DNA of 64,000 nt from a virus: the IMG/VR virus record IMGVR_UViG_3300044655_001189, positions 6,114 to 70,113 of that record. The stretch is one strand, 5' to 3'. How positions within the stretch are numbered: position 1 is the stretch's first letter; each line of letters begins with the position of its first letter. The position numbers were made by a program, and so were the translations under genes. Below, piece after piece: positions 48,301 to 56,087 of this stretch. Below the pieces are notes generated by a model that worked only from the letters and a program-made list of their open reading frames with translations, was not told the DNA's origin and searched no databases.

Positions 48301-51300
48301 TAATGCTAATGGAATTGGATCGCGATACTTTCTACTAGCGAAATCAGATGGTACATTAACCAAAGACAATGGGCTGTTCACTATGGGCATTGCTCAAACC
48401 TATGTGGAGATAACAGCTGGCATTGAAGCGTTACAAAAAACCAATCCACAGGGATATACTATGGATGGTGATAGACGAGAAACTAAAAATGCTGATGCTA
48501 TTGCAGATGAAATGCGCAAACTATTCGAGGACCGCTTTAAGGATGTGAATGAGGACATCAAAGAAGGGGTGCGAATGGAAACAGCTAATCACATGGGCAC
48601 AATGAATGCGCCTGCTTCTGCTACACGAACTATCGCAAGTGACCCTAAGCTATACGACAAAATAGTTAAGCGATTAAAAGAGAAGTTTCCAGAGGTTCAA
48701 GTTATGGATTGGGATGCGTATCAAAAAGAGTTTGGTGCAGCACCGGGCGTTGGTCAAGCAAGACAATTTGGTTTACCTAATGCAATGCAACGAATAGTTG
48801 CTTGGTCTATGTCAGAGGGTGAGCTTGAAACTCCACCACACGAATATGCACACCAGTACGTTTGGATGTTTAAGAGTCACCCATTGATTCAAAAAGGAAT
48901 TGAATTGTATGGTTCTGCAGAAGCTTTGGTAGATGCTGTAGGTAAAGACTACGTTCGTCAAATAGAAAGCGAGGGTACAATTTACGGTGCGTTTTCTAAT
49001 ACGATAGCAGGTATGAGAGGATATGCTGAAAAGCAAGCGGCCAAGAAAGGCTATGCTCAATCGTTCTGGAAACTAATGAGGTCCATTTTTGGATCAAATG
49101 ACATTGCTCAAGTGCTTGCAAAAAATATGTTGGATGGTACGCGCTTAGATGCGGAGCCAACATTAAATGAGCAAGTAGGAAACATGGTCGGGCGTAGGCC
49201 GCTACCTTCTAATGCCAATCAATTTATGGATAGCAATGTAATTCCTCATAAGGTACAACGCTCAGATGCCGACCTTGATGCTTCTGAAAGCGCCATGACG
49301 GAAGCAGGGAAGAACATAGTGCAGAATTTAATTGACAATGACATAGCTAAGGAACGGCTACGTAGAAACTCAGGTACTGGATTCTTATTTCAAGTGGTAC
49401 AGAACTTCCCTGGACTAGACCCTAGTACTCAATGGAGTGCTCACAATTTTGCATTGAATATAAGTTCATGGCTGAACAATGAAATTTATACGCCAGCTGA
49501 AGTTAAGGAGAAAGGTGGATATTTTGCATCGACTGTATTGAGTGACGAGTCATTGCAAACAGACCCATTGTTTATGGCGCACAGCTTTAAGCAAGTTATG
49601 AGTGATTTGCTGTATCTCAAAGGTGAATTTGACCGTACTGCTGGCACTACTCATGCAGTTCAACAAGTAACTGCAGCTAAAAGAATCAATGGCTTGATGG
49701 CATTGATGTATAATTCTAGCGACCCATTAGATGCATCCTCACTTGGATTTCAGAACGCACTTAGCGCAATGGAAGTAGCGGAGGTACGTCAGGCGTATGA
49801 TGCTATAATGCGAACTCATGCAATGCTTCAATACCAAAAGATTGCCAGCAAGCAATTGAATATTGCAGAAGGAGAGGTTGCAGAAACATCTAAAGTGTTG
49901 ACTACAATCAATGATTCTATTACCGCCAAGTCTGCAGTCTTAAAAAGAATTTGGCTTGCAATGCAACACGATGAAGGATTTGTTGGCAAGGCAACAGATA
50001 CTTTTAAAGGCATCTATAGTTGGTACCAAGATAAGTTTGACCGTCTTGATGTAAAGGTTTTTGCAATCACTGGTGATGAAAGTGCTCCGTTGTATCAGGT
50101 GCTAGTACAGTCATTAAAGACTGCGCAAAACCGATACAACAGGATATATCACGGCACTTCTATTGATAAAGGCGTTGCTTATATCTGGTCTGATGCTATT
50201 GGCAAACTCAAAGGCTTGGATGCTATTACCTACAATACTTGGGATCAAGGAACTGTATGGAAACTAAAAGATGCAACTCCTATTGAGGTAATGCAAGTAC
50301 GTGAAGTTAATGGCGTAAATGTTTTGCAACCCATAACCGTATCTATGAGTGTAGGTGAAAAGCTATGGGTGTCTATTATGGCAAAACAAGTAGATGCTAA
50401 AACTGGTATTAGCTTCCGCGATGTATTGAAAAACGGTGGTATGGGATTCTCTACTCAACGTCATAAGAAAGATGTAGTGACTGCTAAATACAAGCTGACA
50501 GAAGCACAGATAGTAGCTATAGAAAATGAAGTTGCAGCATACCAAGGCGGTAAACTTCTTAGCCAAGTGATGCCAGCAATAGCAAATGTTTTTGCTAAGA
50601 TGCAGCCAGCTATCAATCAAACTTACAAAGAGCTGACAGGACTAGACCTACTTACTGACCCTGATTACTTTCCGAAAAAAATGCATGGCAAAGGTTCGGG
50701 AAATAGCAATCATGTAACTGGACAATGGGATAGAGTTATATCTCCTTTGGGAATCATAGGAACATCCGTGACCTTGGAAGTGCAGGACGTATTTAGCATG
50801 ATGCATGATTACACAATTAAAGGTGCAGAGTTTCATGCGTATGCTATTCCTATCCGAAATGCTGGAAAACTTTTGTCAGGTAAAGATGCAGAGGGATATA
50901 AATTGGAAGATAGCTTAATGAAGGTTGGCTTAAAAGACCATCTGGATGATGTTGTCAAACACATAGAGGGTATGATTAACACAAAGAAGCAATTAGGCTA
51001 CGAAGGGGGTAAACTCAATGTACAAAACGAATTGAAACCAGCGCATTGGTTATCCCATAAATTGCATTCTAGGCTTACTGTACATGCACTTGGTCACAAC
51101 TTGGTGGTAACTGCTACACAGTTACTTGGAGGGCCTATGGCTACGCAGCGCATTCCATGGAAGTATTTGCAATCCGATACAATACGGGTGGACAAAACAA
51201 TCTTTTCGTTATTGGAAACCTTAAATCGGGAGAAGATATTTACTTTGGATAGCGTATTTGATTATGCCAATACCAATATGCCAGAGTATCACGAAATGAG

Positions 51301-52279
51301 GGCTCACAGTAGTGACTTAAATGCTAGGTTAACCACAAGGGTGATTGATAGTTCTCAAGAATCCAGTATGCAATCCGTTAATGGTGGCAAAGAAGATAAA
51401 CTCCTTTGGTTAGTCAATCCATCGTACTTCTTAGCCGCTATTACATGGGCTGACTTGCAAGGGTTAAGAATAATATGGAATGGCGCTAAAAATATGGCAG
51501 CCGACCCCGACTTAAACCTTGGATTGGTTGTGGGTAGTACAGAGTATTGGGAACACGTTGCTGCTGTAGCAGAAGATGTGGTTAGAGAAACACAATCTTC
51601 ATTCGATAAAGTAAATCGTACTAGAGCACAGGCTAACCCTGGACATAACTTCTATTCGTACTTCCAACGGTTCTCGTCACAATCAGTAGCTATATCTGCT
51701 CAATTAAAGAAAGCACATTATCAATCGGTACATAACCCTACTCCTGCTAATCGTGCGCATGAAAAAAGGTCAATGGCTGCGTATGTATTGATTAACTCTA
51801 CAGGTTATGTAGCAGTCAGATTGATAGAAATGTTCATGATGTATGCTATTTCCATGCAGTTAAATAAAACTGCATCCATTGATATACCAGAAGCAGAAGA
51901 TCCGTTAATGCCAGATTGGATGAAACAAGTAATTATGACTGTCGGTGATATAATTGGAGTAAGCTTTGGCGTTTTTCCTATAGGTGGTGATTTAGTAAAG
52001 GCATCTACTAAAAGCTTGTCGAATTATGCAATTACTCATAGCCCCAAAGAAGCTGCTAGTACGTTTGGTAAAAGCGTATTCAATCCTGTTGACCATCCAA
52101 TTATTGATGCACCGGTCCACGTATACGATGGTGTCATGGCTCTGAATGATGGCGATGTTGACAAAGGTTTGGCTAGCTTTTTCAAAAGTGGGGTAACGGG
52201 TTCAGGATTTCCTTCTTCTTATTTCAGAACTCCCGAAAAATATATAGAGATTTCAAAGCCAACGCAATACCATAAATAA
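39350..52279 (+). CDS. giant virion-packaged DNA-dependent RNA polymerase polyprotein with zincin-like domain
   Basis: ILARVPSSG followed by NSDHDGD (double-psi barrel RxP and DxDGD, nt 46331-46351), then AIGIFAN; HEYAH at 48839-48853; position typical of crAss vRNAP. Confidence 0.85.
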   Translation: MDEEMLQQLLAEQAAQEGQVQSQGQPVAAQVAQPTQAVGTQISPMTNPFLSPQRKERVLSNTWMDHVVDDPISSAKGTPDEESVRSLSDEEIAQRLEFFANPSSNPQWMEEMKKDSVGFDRARNASIEEAARRANEKTGEQKDPNDFWKEYNGQYDTEPMGKKEQDKRKLDTYSAKMKEQGSSDEEVGNLESMWNELKKAKTGVDLIPHALINGLTGVVEQGHDLYLHGVSLIAGFTPRETLTYKAVMMGGATDKFMETGDRKDLQADKYDRFRASLTEYMNQENERVGALPTKTFIASAKKDDFVGSLVAGFGGTMGLVPSAIVGVGTMGWGMEPYMAGMAEADKVTNSRLATGKEIADAYRDGDNDQLMSWTTSMIVGFTEKLGLKKLGKSIEEAFSSKTLKDKAIRFLSDSGIQGATETFQGGIEHVGTAYNEIKLANPEMSDAEAMARAVKEGALWYGSGEAFETFATTALGVSYMTGASHVAGKAWRKATETQEQKLAAKLDDPNVSEASKTILRDKFNQLRQQASAEYQQERTIFKSLSQEEQTELGSLAKTIKVQEEILAEQDLDDDAKQIAEQRIGETLARIDAIKAPIKEQLLEKDKEKLRSMGVYTVPMVDGVLDPTAKTQLHTEEEQKIAAKAIDEIVQTGIKEKLPAKQIAANIEAAGHMVGDGILFTTQEYVEMATTKALPSLTEAFDGKVTAKEVSNTDTTTTTESTSESTDDTLKPFTELDARNDELNTYFDERKRIDEIYESDWDGLSEDEADEHRNALIANEEQRDILFEKYASPKEKKEYERLVAKEKSTFENLKNRVGLGETRYQRYRKANNYKESVMDRLYDMTPARATSTESTTEATPTATEPVAVTPTPTEKELRDNIVIADIEKRRKEALAANVKLTELTGGAIGGEKDFADQLNAKFDAEIDAVTSSQSTSKADEVMAAAKAAIEREREVDDLPFGASGNDVFESDKGNKEGDKKGDTVSESNKESEATPTASEDSKAKSESKSESNKKAEPVVKKKAPAKKVSKPKAPAKPKAAKKPKTTKKPTTKQKEAAPTVTEEVAPVTELPTDPEARKAAIIARKAEIFKSIKDRWLPDKENQTFNIIAAGPEENLAEMKKDVDAIIELAKLSIEEMGMTLQEFVDEMVVAFGKKLPNITQLATDVYNSVSLGSDTVRNEVDVLIDEFLNAEPTIETESGQVLPVGENPEQRTLRSSILAIADRAMLAGGEWLREKDFQKIGSKGRMRYFFDNPKAYIVMNALDGYSRNLKGYSFMKTLLTKDEAMNIMQNFVEEIDKMEERTGFKLDGKKIKEPNYGDVNTVVQGFFKEFEAAWKDKDPESYAIFDKYSKLIAGIPSIKPSYAMAGPNEWSDLGLKRLVTGLFSEDGMLLNPDVITQTIQGIAASVPRGGGNKGFIAAMRKVAYGAEGEQQVIAMRMLDRIGALVDLDSAQINNSGELKAIFNTLANMGTDQIVVSVFGSDGMVRREIMNVAISAKELVSNLVGKLDTYLTQARAVSAFNSLIREYKNISKEVTHQIANQGALTPEQDIDYAKRLLNLYHERIIKPYGGLYNVDNSYVDGVVKSLSMKNSTKPVWVQAAGMIQVLDNSNVRDKLSNGKVVDVLSESSSYFNLISQSIVNRQANATTWRNADGENVTAQGPKDHVTLVTDSMLIPTEEGGTTPAQKMLKLPFYKNNPILKFWNKGTTTGRQLWTEGNFKKQFSIELDKMGSSGVLADNLMAFFDNTKESYKHMYMLNGDRMRRYVFDAPLLSFQEIGDHFGLTNGKFDPTTAIVKQFEQRAANALAGGDVQLNAEGLDRLNSTYHIKFKIENGKFVADGELTNSARQANINALTEKFRELNKHPVQYEGMQLRYMDAVLAMAAKNPKLAELLNPNQAYDSRLRKLAALYEGNNSINELALSDVLVGDLINLRPGAKGMKDAKSQSTGGMNVSATVGPFYIVTLKEFPGMDSGSFMNAHMSEAAGQGVINGLGPNIKIGFFGVVRNGLKTGHGLAYKMATMNAVRGKDGKNKMEYDHGDSDQYAKLARLMDRIEAEITAKNTSDVKPRILFMPPTSQKVQPYKTTPIDLSTYNDDFVLNESHFQKVTPETHTVNFNINNDMTDGARSKSQLVQMLSIIQEAVDGQDLAIREAFLNKFHSKMVDVMKEQMKEGFNTDPDVLAKQLIEQVFGNDMSFSSKAALQHLKNLFEDPNITHHIEDENLFGTALGKLTQTFNRVAMTMQLDGGTLQTFPDLETDPNKRLKWKDANGTALINPEVAVPPSMGAIGDLIILARVPSSGSESMFVGRIVGHLPANVNGVKVPFEYLLNSNSDHDGDMLHAFIEKQSKAAKKAFVDFMMSTEAMLSPTFLQRRDKPLTLDLLDNALNRAGLPKVKVSLNSVMGRMNILDQMNSSSSAIGIFANAKKVFTNLAASGKSTVEPTQVLINGKVENAKAYSTKNLPMMGELLQAALDKFDNLMLSRMGIDMANINEIALLANLETRNNEVMSYDDIITLLQSPEMKAYVKGVNDLISPFEGKDTAWPKDKTNILDLLMSNSQNNGLNKEILGLIRLAVVEGNQLNAVASMTSLDKGMQYGMGQVLHVLDMYNALEAGKTGYLQLFKNALGKHHHEVLELFVNTMKQMSLSFGNDAVRGAQDIWDALGIYDRKAKHWEKLATIGNKMLNATVTIKKYDNPDAFVQSFGEFLYGLKNGSDTMYPINSTSDTEIDQIANLQAMQEFANNAREQLLANKTSPKSNPLSNTAKQKYLAQISDYVIAKNMVSTLTNNVFIRNLTVIKDRNTGKVIVNLSRNARQLNGVDKAALLAAYEKLPQQFRDSLHDFALLNTGSKITPSSLWSLLPNSSVERYNAATKLINDQKEGAASTPTTAKNNAEFSEALMMESMDMLGAVRVPQGKVFSDIFRTVATGLTQDQKNGLVGKLKSYFPNSAEQILAANGEVFEITHPATTIGAMTNGKMSYRGTPMLRVANANGIGSRYFLLAKSDGTLTKDNGLFTMGIAQTYVEITAGIEALQKTNPQGYTMDGDRRETKNADAIADEMRKLFEDRFKDVNEDIKEGVRMETANHMGTMNAPASATRTIASDPKLYDKIVKRLKEKFPEVQVMDWDAYQKEFGAAPGVGQARQFGLPNAMQRIVAWSMSEGELETPPHEYAHQYVWMFKSHPLIQKGIELYGSAEALVDAVGKDYVRQIESEGTIYGAFSNTIAGMRGYAEKQAAKKGYAQSFWKLMRSIFGSNDIAQVLAKNMLDGTRLDAEPTLNEQVGNMVGRRPLPSNANQFMDSNVIPHKVQRSDADLDASESAMTEAGKNIVQNLIDNDIAKERLRRNSGTGFLFQVVQNFPGLDPSTQWSAHNFALNISSWLNNEIYTPAEVKEKGGYFASTVLSDESLQTDPLFMAHSFKQVMSDLLYLKGEFDRTAGTTHAVQQVTAAKRINGLMALMYNSSDPLDASSLGFQNALSAMEVAEVRQAYDAIMRTHAMLQYQKIASKQLNIAEGEVAETSKVLTTINDSITAKSAVLKRIWLAMQHDEGFVGKATDTFKGIYSWYQDKFDRLDVKVFAITGDESAPLYQVLVQSLKTAQNRYNRIYHGTSIDKGVAYIWSDAIGKLKGLDAITYNTWDQGTVWKLKDATPIEVMQVREVNGVNVLQPITVSMSVGEKLWVSIMAKQVDAKTGISFRDVLKNGGMGFSTQRHKKDVVTAKYKLTEAQIVAIENEVAAYQGGKLLSQVMPAIANVFAKMQPAINQTYKELTGLDLLTDPDYFPKKMHGKGSGNSNHVTGQWDRVISPLGIIGTSVTLEVQDVFSMMHDYTIKGAEFHAYAIPIRNAGKLLSGKDAEGYKLEDSLMKVGLKDHLDDVVKHIEGMINTKKQLGYEGGKLNVQNELKPAHWLSHKLHSRLTVHALGHNLVVTATQLLGGPMATQRIPWKYLQSDTIRVDKTIFSLLETLNREKIFTLDSVFDYANTNMPEYHEMRAHSSDLNARLTTRVIDSSQESSMQSVNGGKEDKLLWLVNPSYFLAAITWADLQGLRIIWNGAKNMAADPDLNLGLVVGSTEYWEHVAAVAEDVVRETQSSFDKVNRTRAQANPGHNFYSYFQRFSSQSVAISAQLKKAHYQSVHNPTPANRAHEKRSMAAYVLINSTGYVAVRLIEMFMMYAISMQLNKTASIDIPEAEDPLMPDWMKQVIMTVGDIIGVSFGVFPIGGDLVKASTKSLSNYAITHSPKEAASTFGKSVFNPVDHPIIDAPVHVYDGVMALNDGDVDKGLASFFKSGVTGSGFPSSYFRTPEKYIEISKPTQYHK

Positions 52280-52293
52280 TTTACTTTTGAGCC

Positions 52294-52863
52294 ATGGCAA
52301 CAATCCTTATCCCTCAATTAGACACTACCTCACAATGCGGTAGATTGATATTCACAGATGCTACTGCGGTGGGTAGTGGTACAGGCTACGATGTAGCAGG
52401 TGGCATAGACCTATCTACGGTAACAGATGCTTCGCTATCTTACACTAACTTATCAGGAACGTCACAAGGATATCTGTGGGCTACTGGTGACTGGATGCCA
52501 GCAACAGGCGACATGTCGTACACGATTGATTATCCATCATTGCTAGGTGTGTATGAGTTCACGTACAGTGTGACGGGTCTAATTGATGGGGCAGGTGAAC
52601 CCGTGACTATTGAAACTAAGTTTATGGTGTTGTTTGACTGCGCTGTAATCGCTTGTCTTAAGTCTAAGGTACTTGCACTTGCAAAGCAAGGTTGCGGATG
52701 CTGTGGAGGCTGTGGTAATGGCCTTGACCAAGCTAAAGTAAATTGGATGTACGCTCAATTGTCTGCTGTGCAAATAGCATTTGCAGAAGGGTACTACGAT
52801 TGTCTTGATGGAATACTTGAATCAGTACTTTCTAAATGCGATAATGCTTGTAGCTCATGTTAG
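52294..52863 (+). CDS. Cys-rich virion protein (tail hub-like)
   Basis: LIFTDAT...GVYEFTYSV...CGCCGGC; structural module. Confidence 0.45.
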   Translation: MATILIPQLDTTSQCGRLIFTDATAVGSGTGYDVAGGIDLSTVTDASLSYTNLSGTSQGYLWATGDWMPATGDMSYTIDYPSLLGVYEFTYSVTGLIDGAGEPVTIETKFMVLFDCAVIACLKSKVLALAKQGCGCCGGCGNGLDQAKVNWMYAQLSAVQIAFAEGYYDCLDGILESVLSKCDNACSSC

Positions 52864-54350
52864 ACTTTACTATTGTTCGTGACCAGAATGCTAAGAAAAC
52901 CAACATGAAATTGTTGGCTGATACCAAAGTAGCAATTGGTAAATGCTTGAATGCTCACCTATGTCGGCACATGAAGTATGCGCGTATTGGTCGCATCAAT
53001 AAGAACGAACAATGCAGCGTATATGAGTTGACCAATTTGTACAATGCATTAAGCTCTCCGTTGTCATTTGCTGATGGAGTAGGTATGCAAGGTAGTTGGG
53101 ATTTATTGAGTTACAGCGAAAATGGTATTGTCACTACCGATGTACCAGATGGGTATGTCACATTGGTAATAGGTGAAACTCAAATGCTACCAAATTTTGC
53201 AATGGATGGTAATTGGGTTGATTATACACAAGTGGACTTCTATACCATTACGCATTACAATATTGTGGACAACATCACCGTTACGATTGTCTATAATATT
53301 GATGGCACTCTTACTGCAAGCTGGACTAACGACAGAATTACATACATACTCATTTTTGAAAGAGTAGTTGAAGAAGCTAAAGACTGCTGTGTAACCCGTG
53401 AGGACATCATTGCTGCTTACTGCCATGTGATTAACTACTGTGGCTGTACTCCTGTGGTGGTAGGTGAGTTTCCTGATTTTCCAGAGCCACCAGAATGTTC
53501 ATGTGCTGATGGAATTACTTTTTGGCTTCCGTATTCCACGGATAATGCTTTATTGGTATATTTGGGTTTGTATTTCTCTTACAGTGATACTGTACGAGGT
53601 TATTGCGTATTTACGTATAAAACTGAAAAGGGAGAAGCTACTTTAAGTTACAATGAAACTTTATCACAATGGGAACTTTCAGAACCTGAAGGCGTAATTG
53701 GTACATCACCTGATTTAATTGGTACAGAATGGGTTGTTAATTATGGTGATGGTGACTGGACCATTTTGGGTATAACTGAATGTGGAAATACATTAGAAAC
53801 ACTTTGTATAAGTGTAATTACAGAAGATGGAAGTATAAAACATGAGTTTTTCCCATTACGAGATGCTACTACTTTATTGACAGTAGCATATGGTGGACTT
53901 GGTGATGGCGAATTGTATGCAGTTGATGCAATTAGTGATTATTGGGTATTAGAAGTTCTGGATATTACTGGGAATGATTGCTTAGCTAGTGTACATAAAA
54001 TTTACGCACCTATAGATGAACCTCCACTTGGAACTTATATAGATGCTTGCCATAGAAAAATAATTATTTCGAATGGTCCATGTACTGAACTGACTGCTTG
54101 TGATTTGTTCTATGTTCAATCAGCACAGAAGCTAGGTGAATTAAAAATGGGTCCGCATTCAATAGAACTTGCTGTAACGGGTGGAACTGGACCATATACT
54201 TACGAATGGTTTAGCGATGCTGGAATGACTGTATTAGTTGCTACTACATCTACAATTGGAAGTCTTAGTTGTGGTAATCAAAGATGGTTTAGAGTGACCG
54301 ATTCATTAGGTTGTACTTTTGAGGACTCACGAAGCATTATTTGCACATGA
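52857..54350 (+). CDS. Cys-rich virion protein
   Basis: Acidic beta-rich protein with a C-terminal Ig/SprB-like repeat (TGGTGPYTYEW...VTDSLGC). Confidence 0.5.
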   Translation: MLDFTIVRDQNAKKTNMKLLADTKVAIGKCLNAHLCRHMKYARIGRINKNEQCSVYELTNLYNALSSPLSFADGVGMQGSWDLLSYSENGIVTTDVPDGYVTLVIGETQMLPNFAMDGNWVDYTQVDFYTITHYNIVDNITVTIVYNIDGTLTASWTNDRITYILIFERVVEEAKDCCVTREDIIAAYCHVINYCGCTPVVVGEFPDFPEPPECSCADGITFWLPYSTDNALLVYLGLYFSYSDTVRGYCVFTYKTEKGEATLSYNETLSQWELSEPEGVIGTSPDLIGTEWVVNYGDGDWTILGITECGNTLETLCISVITEDGSIKHEFFPLRDATTLLTVAYGGLGDGELYAVDAISDYWVLEVLDITGNDCLASVHKIYAPIDEPPLGTYIDACHRKIIISNGPCTELTACDLFYVQSAQKLGELKMGPHSIELAVTGGTGPYTYEWFSDAGMTVLVATTSTIGSLSCGNQRWFRVTDSLGCTFEDSRSIICT

Positions 54351-54823
54351 GATTAAATCACAGATTCAATTTGCAAGAGTACGTTTCTAAAAGCGCGTAT
54401 CTTAAGTATGGTGACCAATCTTCGCGATTCATTTGCCCAACTTTGCTTGAAGTTGATTTACTACTTTGTAAATTAGTAGAAGCCGAACTTGGCCATGCTG
54501 TAAGTTGTACCATCAATAACTGGTCAACTGGTGGTGATAGGGTTGCAAGTGGATTAAGAATGGTTGGAGAGCCACATTACTCAATAACATCTTCTCATGC
54601 ATGGGGTAGAGGTTCTGACAAGCAGTTCTCTCATAAAGAAACTAAAGCTCGCATTGCAAATAATATCATCTACAATGTAGTCTTAAACAATCAAGGGGCG
54701 TTATACTTGGCTGGTATGCGTAGAATAGAACACATAGATGATGCTCCAACGTGGTTACATTCGGACACGCTATGGACTCCTGATGAATTTGTAAATAAAA
54801 TACAGGTAGTACGTGCTAAGTAA
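54347..54823 (+). CDS. endolysin, peptidase M15 family
   Basis: INNW...SGLR...SSHAWGRGSD...WLHSD Zn-ligand pattern. Confidence 0.8.
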   Translation: MRLNHRFNLQEYVSKSAYLKYGDQSSRFICPTLLEVDLLLCKLVEAELGHAVSCTINNWSTGGDRVASGLRMVGEPHYSITSSHAWGRGSDKQFSHKETKARIANNIIYNVVLNNQGALYLAGMRRIEHIDDAPTWLHSDTLWTPDEFVNKIQVVRAK

Positions 54824-55274
54824 AGCATTACAAGTCACAAGAAAAATTCTACAAAGGATGACTAATCAACCGAGTGACTTAAATACCACCAAATTTGATA
54901 AGTATTATCAGTATATTGAATTGATTTCAGTGCTTTTAATTGTTGTCATAACAGGTTATTGTGTAGTGATGTTGGTATTACAAGAAGGTAAAAGCAAAGA
55001 GTCTAATCAATTCAAACCAGAAACTGTAGACTTGACTATACCCAATGCAAAAATTGCACAACTTGAGTTAAAAATTCAAGAGAATGAGGTAATCATCAAT
55101 CAACTTCTTAAATCCTTAGCCAAAAAAAAAGCAAATGAAAAACGTGACGTTATTGATTATGTTGGTGTTGAGTACTTGGACTCTACAGGCATCGATAATA
55201 AAGCCAGAGCAATCATACTACTTGCCGATAGTCTTAGAAGGACCGGACACTCTTGGTACGAGCCTATACCTTGA
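54813..55274 (+). CDS. putative inner-membrane spanin (Rz-like)
   Basis: One TM helix then a coiled coil; follows the endolysin. Confidence 0.5.
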   Translation: MLSKALQVTRKILQRMTNQPSDLNTTKFDKYYQYIELISVLLIVVITGYCVVMLVLQEGKSKESNQFKPETVDLTIPNAKIAQLELKIQENEVIINQLLKSLAKKKANEKRDVIDYVGVEYLDSTGIDNKARAIILLADSLRRTGHSWYEPIP

Positions 55275-55632
55275 AGGAGATACATTAATTTGCTTTACAG
55301 CAGATGAATGGAATGCTATCCAGTATGGATTGATTGGATGGACTGCTATGTCACAATTAGCTACAATTCGATTAGACATAATTGAGCAGCAAGATTCACT
55401 CATTACAAAATATATAGACCAAAGCATCACTTGCGATTCAATTATACAGCAAGAGCAATTTAAGTCTGATGAATTAACTTTTGGATTGAGGCGTTCTAAT
55501 GCACGATTAGCTGTGAGTGAGAGCAAACTAGCTAAGATAGAGAAACGAAGGAACACATGGCGCGTGGTAGCGTTAATGAGCATTACTTTCAATCTGATTG
55601 GAATAGCATTAGGAGCTGCTTTAATTAAGTAG
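55135..55632 (+). CDS. putative second spanin component
   Basis: Overlaps the previous gene by 140 nt; signal peptide, coiled coil, C-terminal TM helix. Confidence 0.45.
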   Translation: MKNVTLLIMLVLSTWTLQASIIKPEQSYYLPIVLEGPDTLGTSLYLEGDTLICFTADEWNAIQYGLIGWTAMSQLATIRLDIIEQQDSLITKYIDQSITCDSIIQQEQFKSDELTFGLRRSNARLAVSESKLAKIEKRRNTWRVVALMSITFNLIGIALGAALIK

Positions 55633-55688
55633 TCTTTTTAGGTTTTTTTTATTTATACTTTTGGCCAATCATTTAAAAAACAAACATC

Positions 55689-56066
55689 ATGAGTGTAGTT
55701 ACATGGATTTCCAATTCAATGCACAGGGCGTCACCAAATCGCTTGTCAGGTATTTTCAGACTAGGTCCAATATTATATGGCGTACAAGATGATGACGCTC
55801 TTAGTTTAGGTCAATTAAAAAGCTTTCAAGGGTCAATCCTTCCAGTAATGAGTCAAATTACAGGACAGACTATTGATCAAGGAATTACCACTATAATTCA
55901 TGGAGCAGGACATCCTGCAAAACATATAACTTTTATTGGTAACGATGGTTGGCCAATGTATGTAGCTTGGCAACCAACAATAGGACATGAAAGTGAAAGT
56001 ATTACAGTTAGTTCTTTGGAAGAATTTACTGATGTAACTATAGACGTAATTGCATACACCATTTAA
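55689..56066 (+). CDS. hypothetical virion protein
   Basis: 125 aa after the TACTTTTG promoter at 55656; DDALSLGQL fibre-type motif. Confidence 0.55.
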   Translation: MSVVTWISNSMHRASPNRLSGIFRLGPILYGVQDDDALSLGQLKSFQGSILPVMSQITGQTIDQGITTIIHGAGHPAKHITFIGNDGWPMYVAWQPTIGHESESITVSSLEEFTDVTIDVIAYTI

Positions 56067-56087
56067 TAACCAAACAAAACCAAAGCT

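Noticed and set aside
39454-50836. Minus-strand ORFs inside the polymerase gene
   Set aside because: Antisense shadows with no independent signals.
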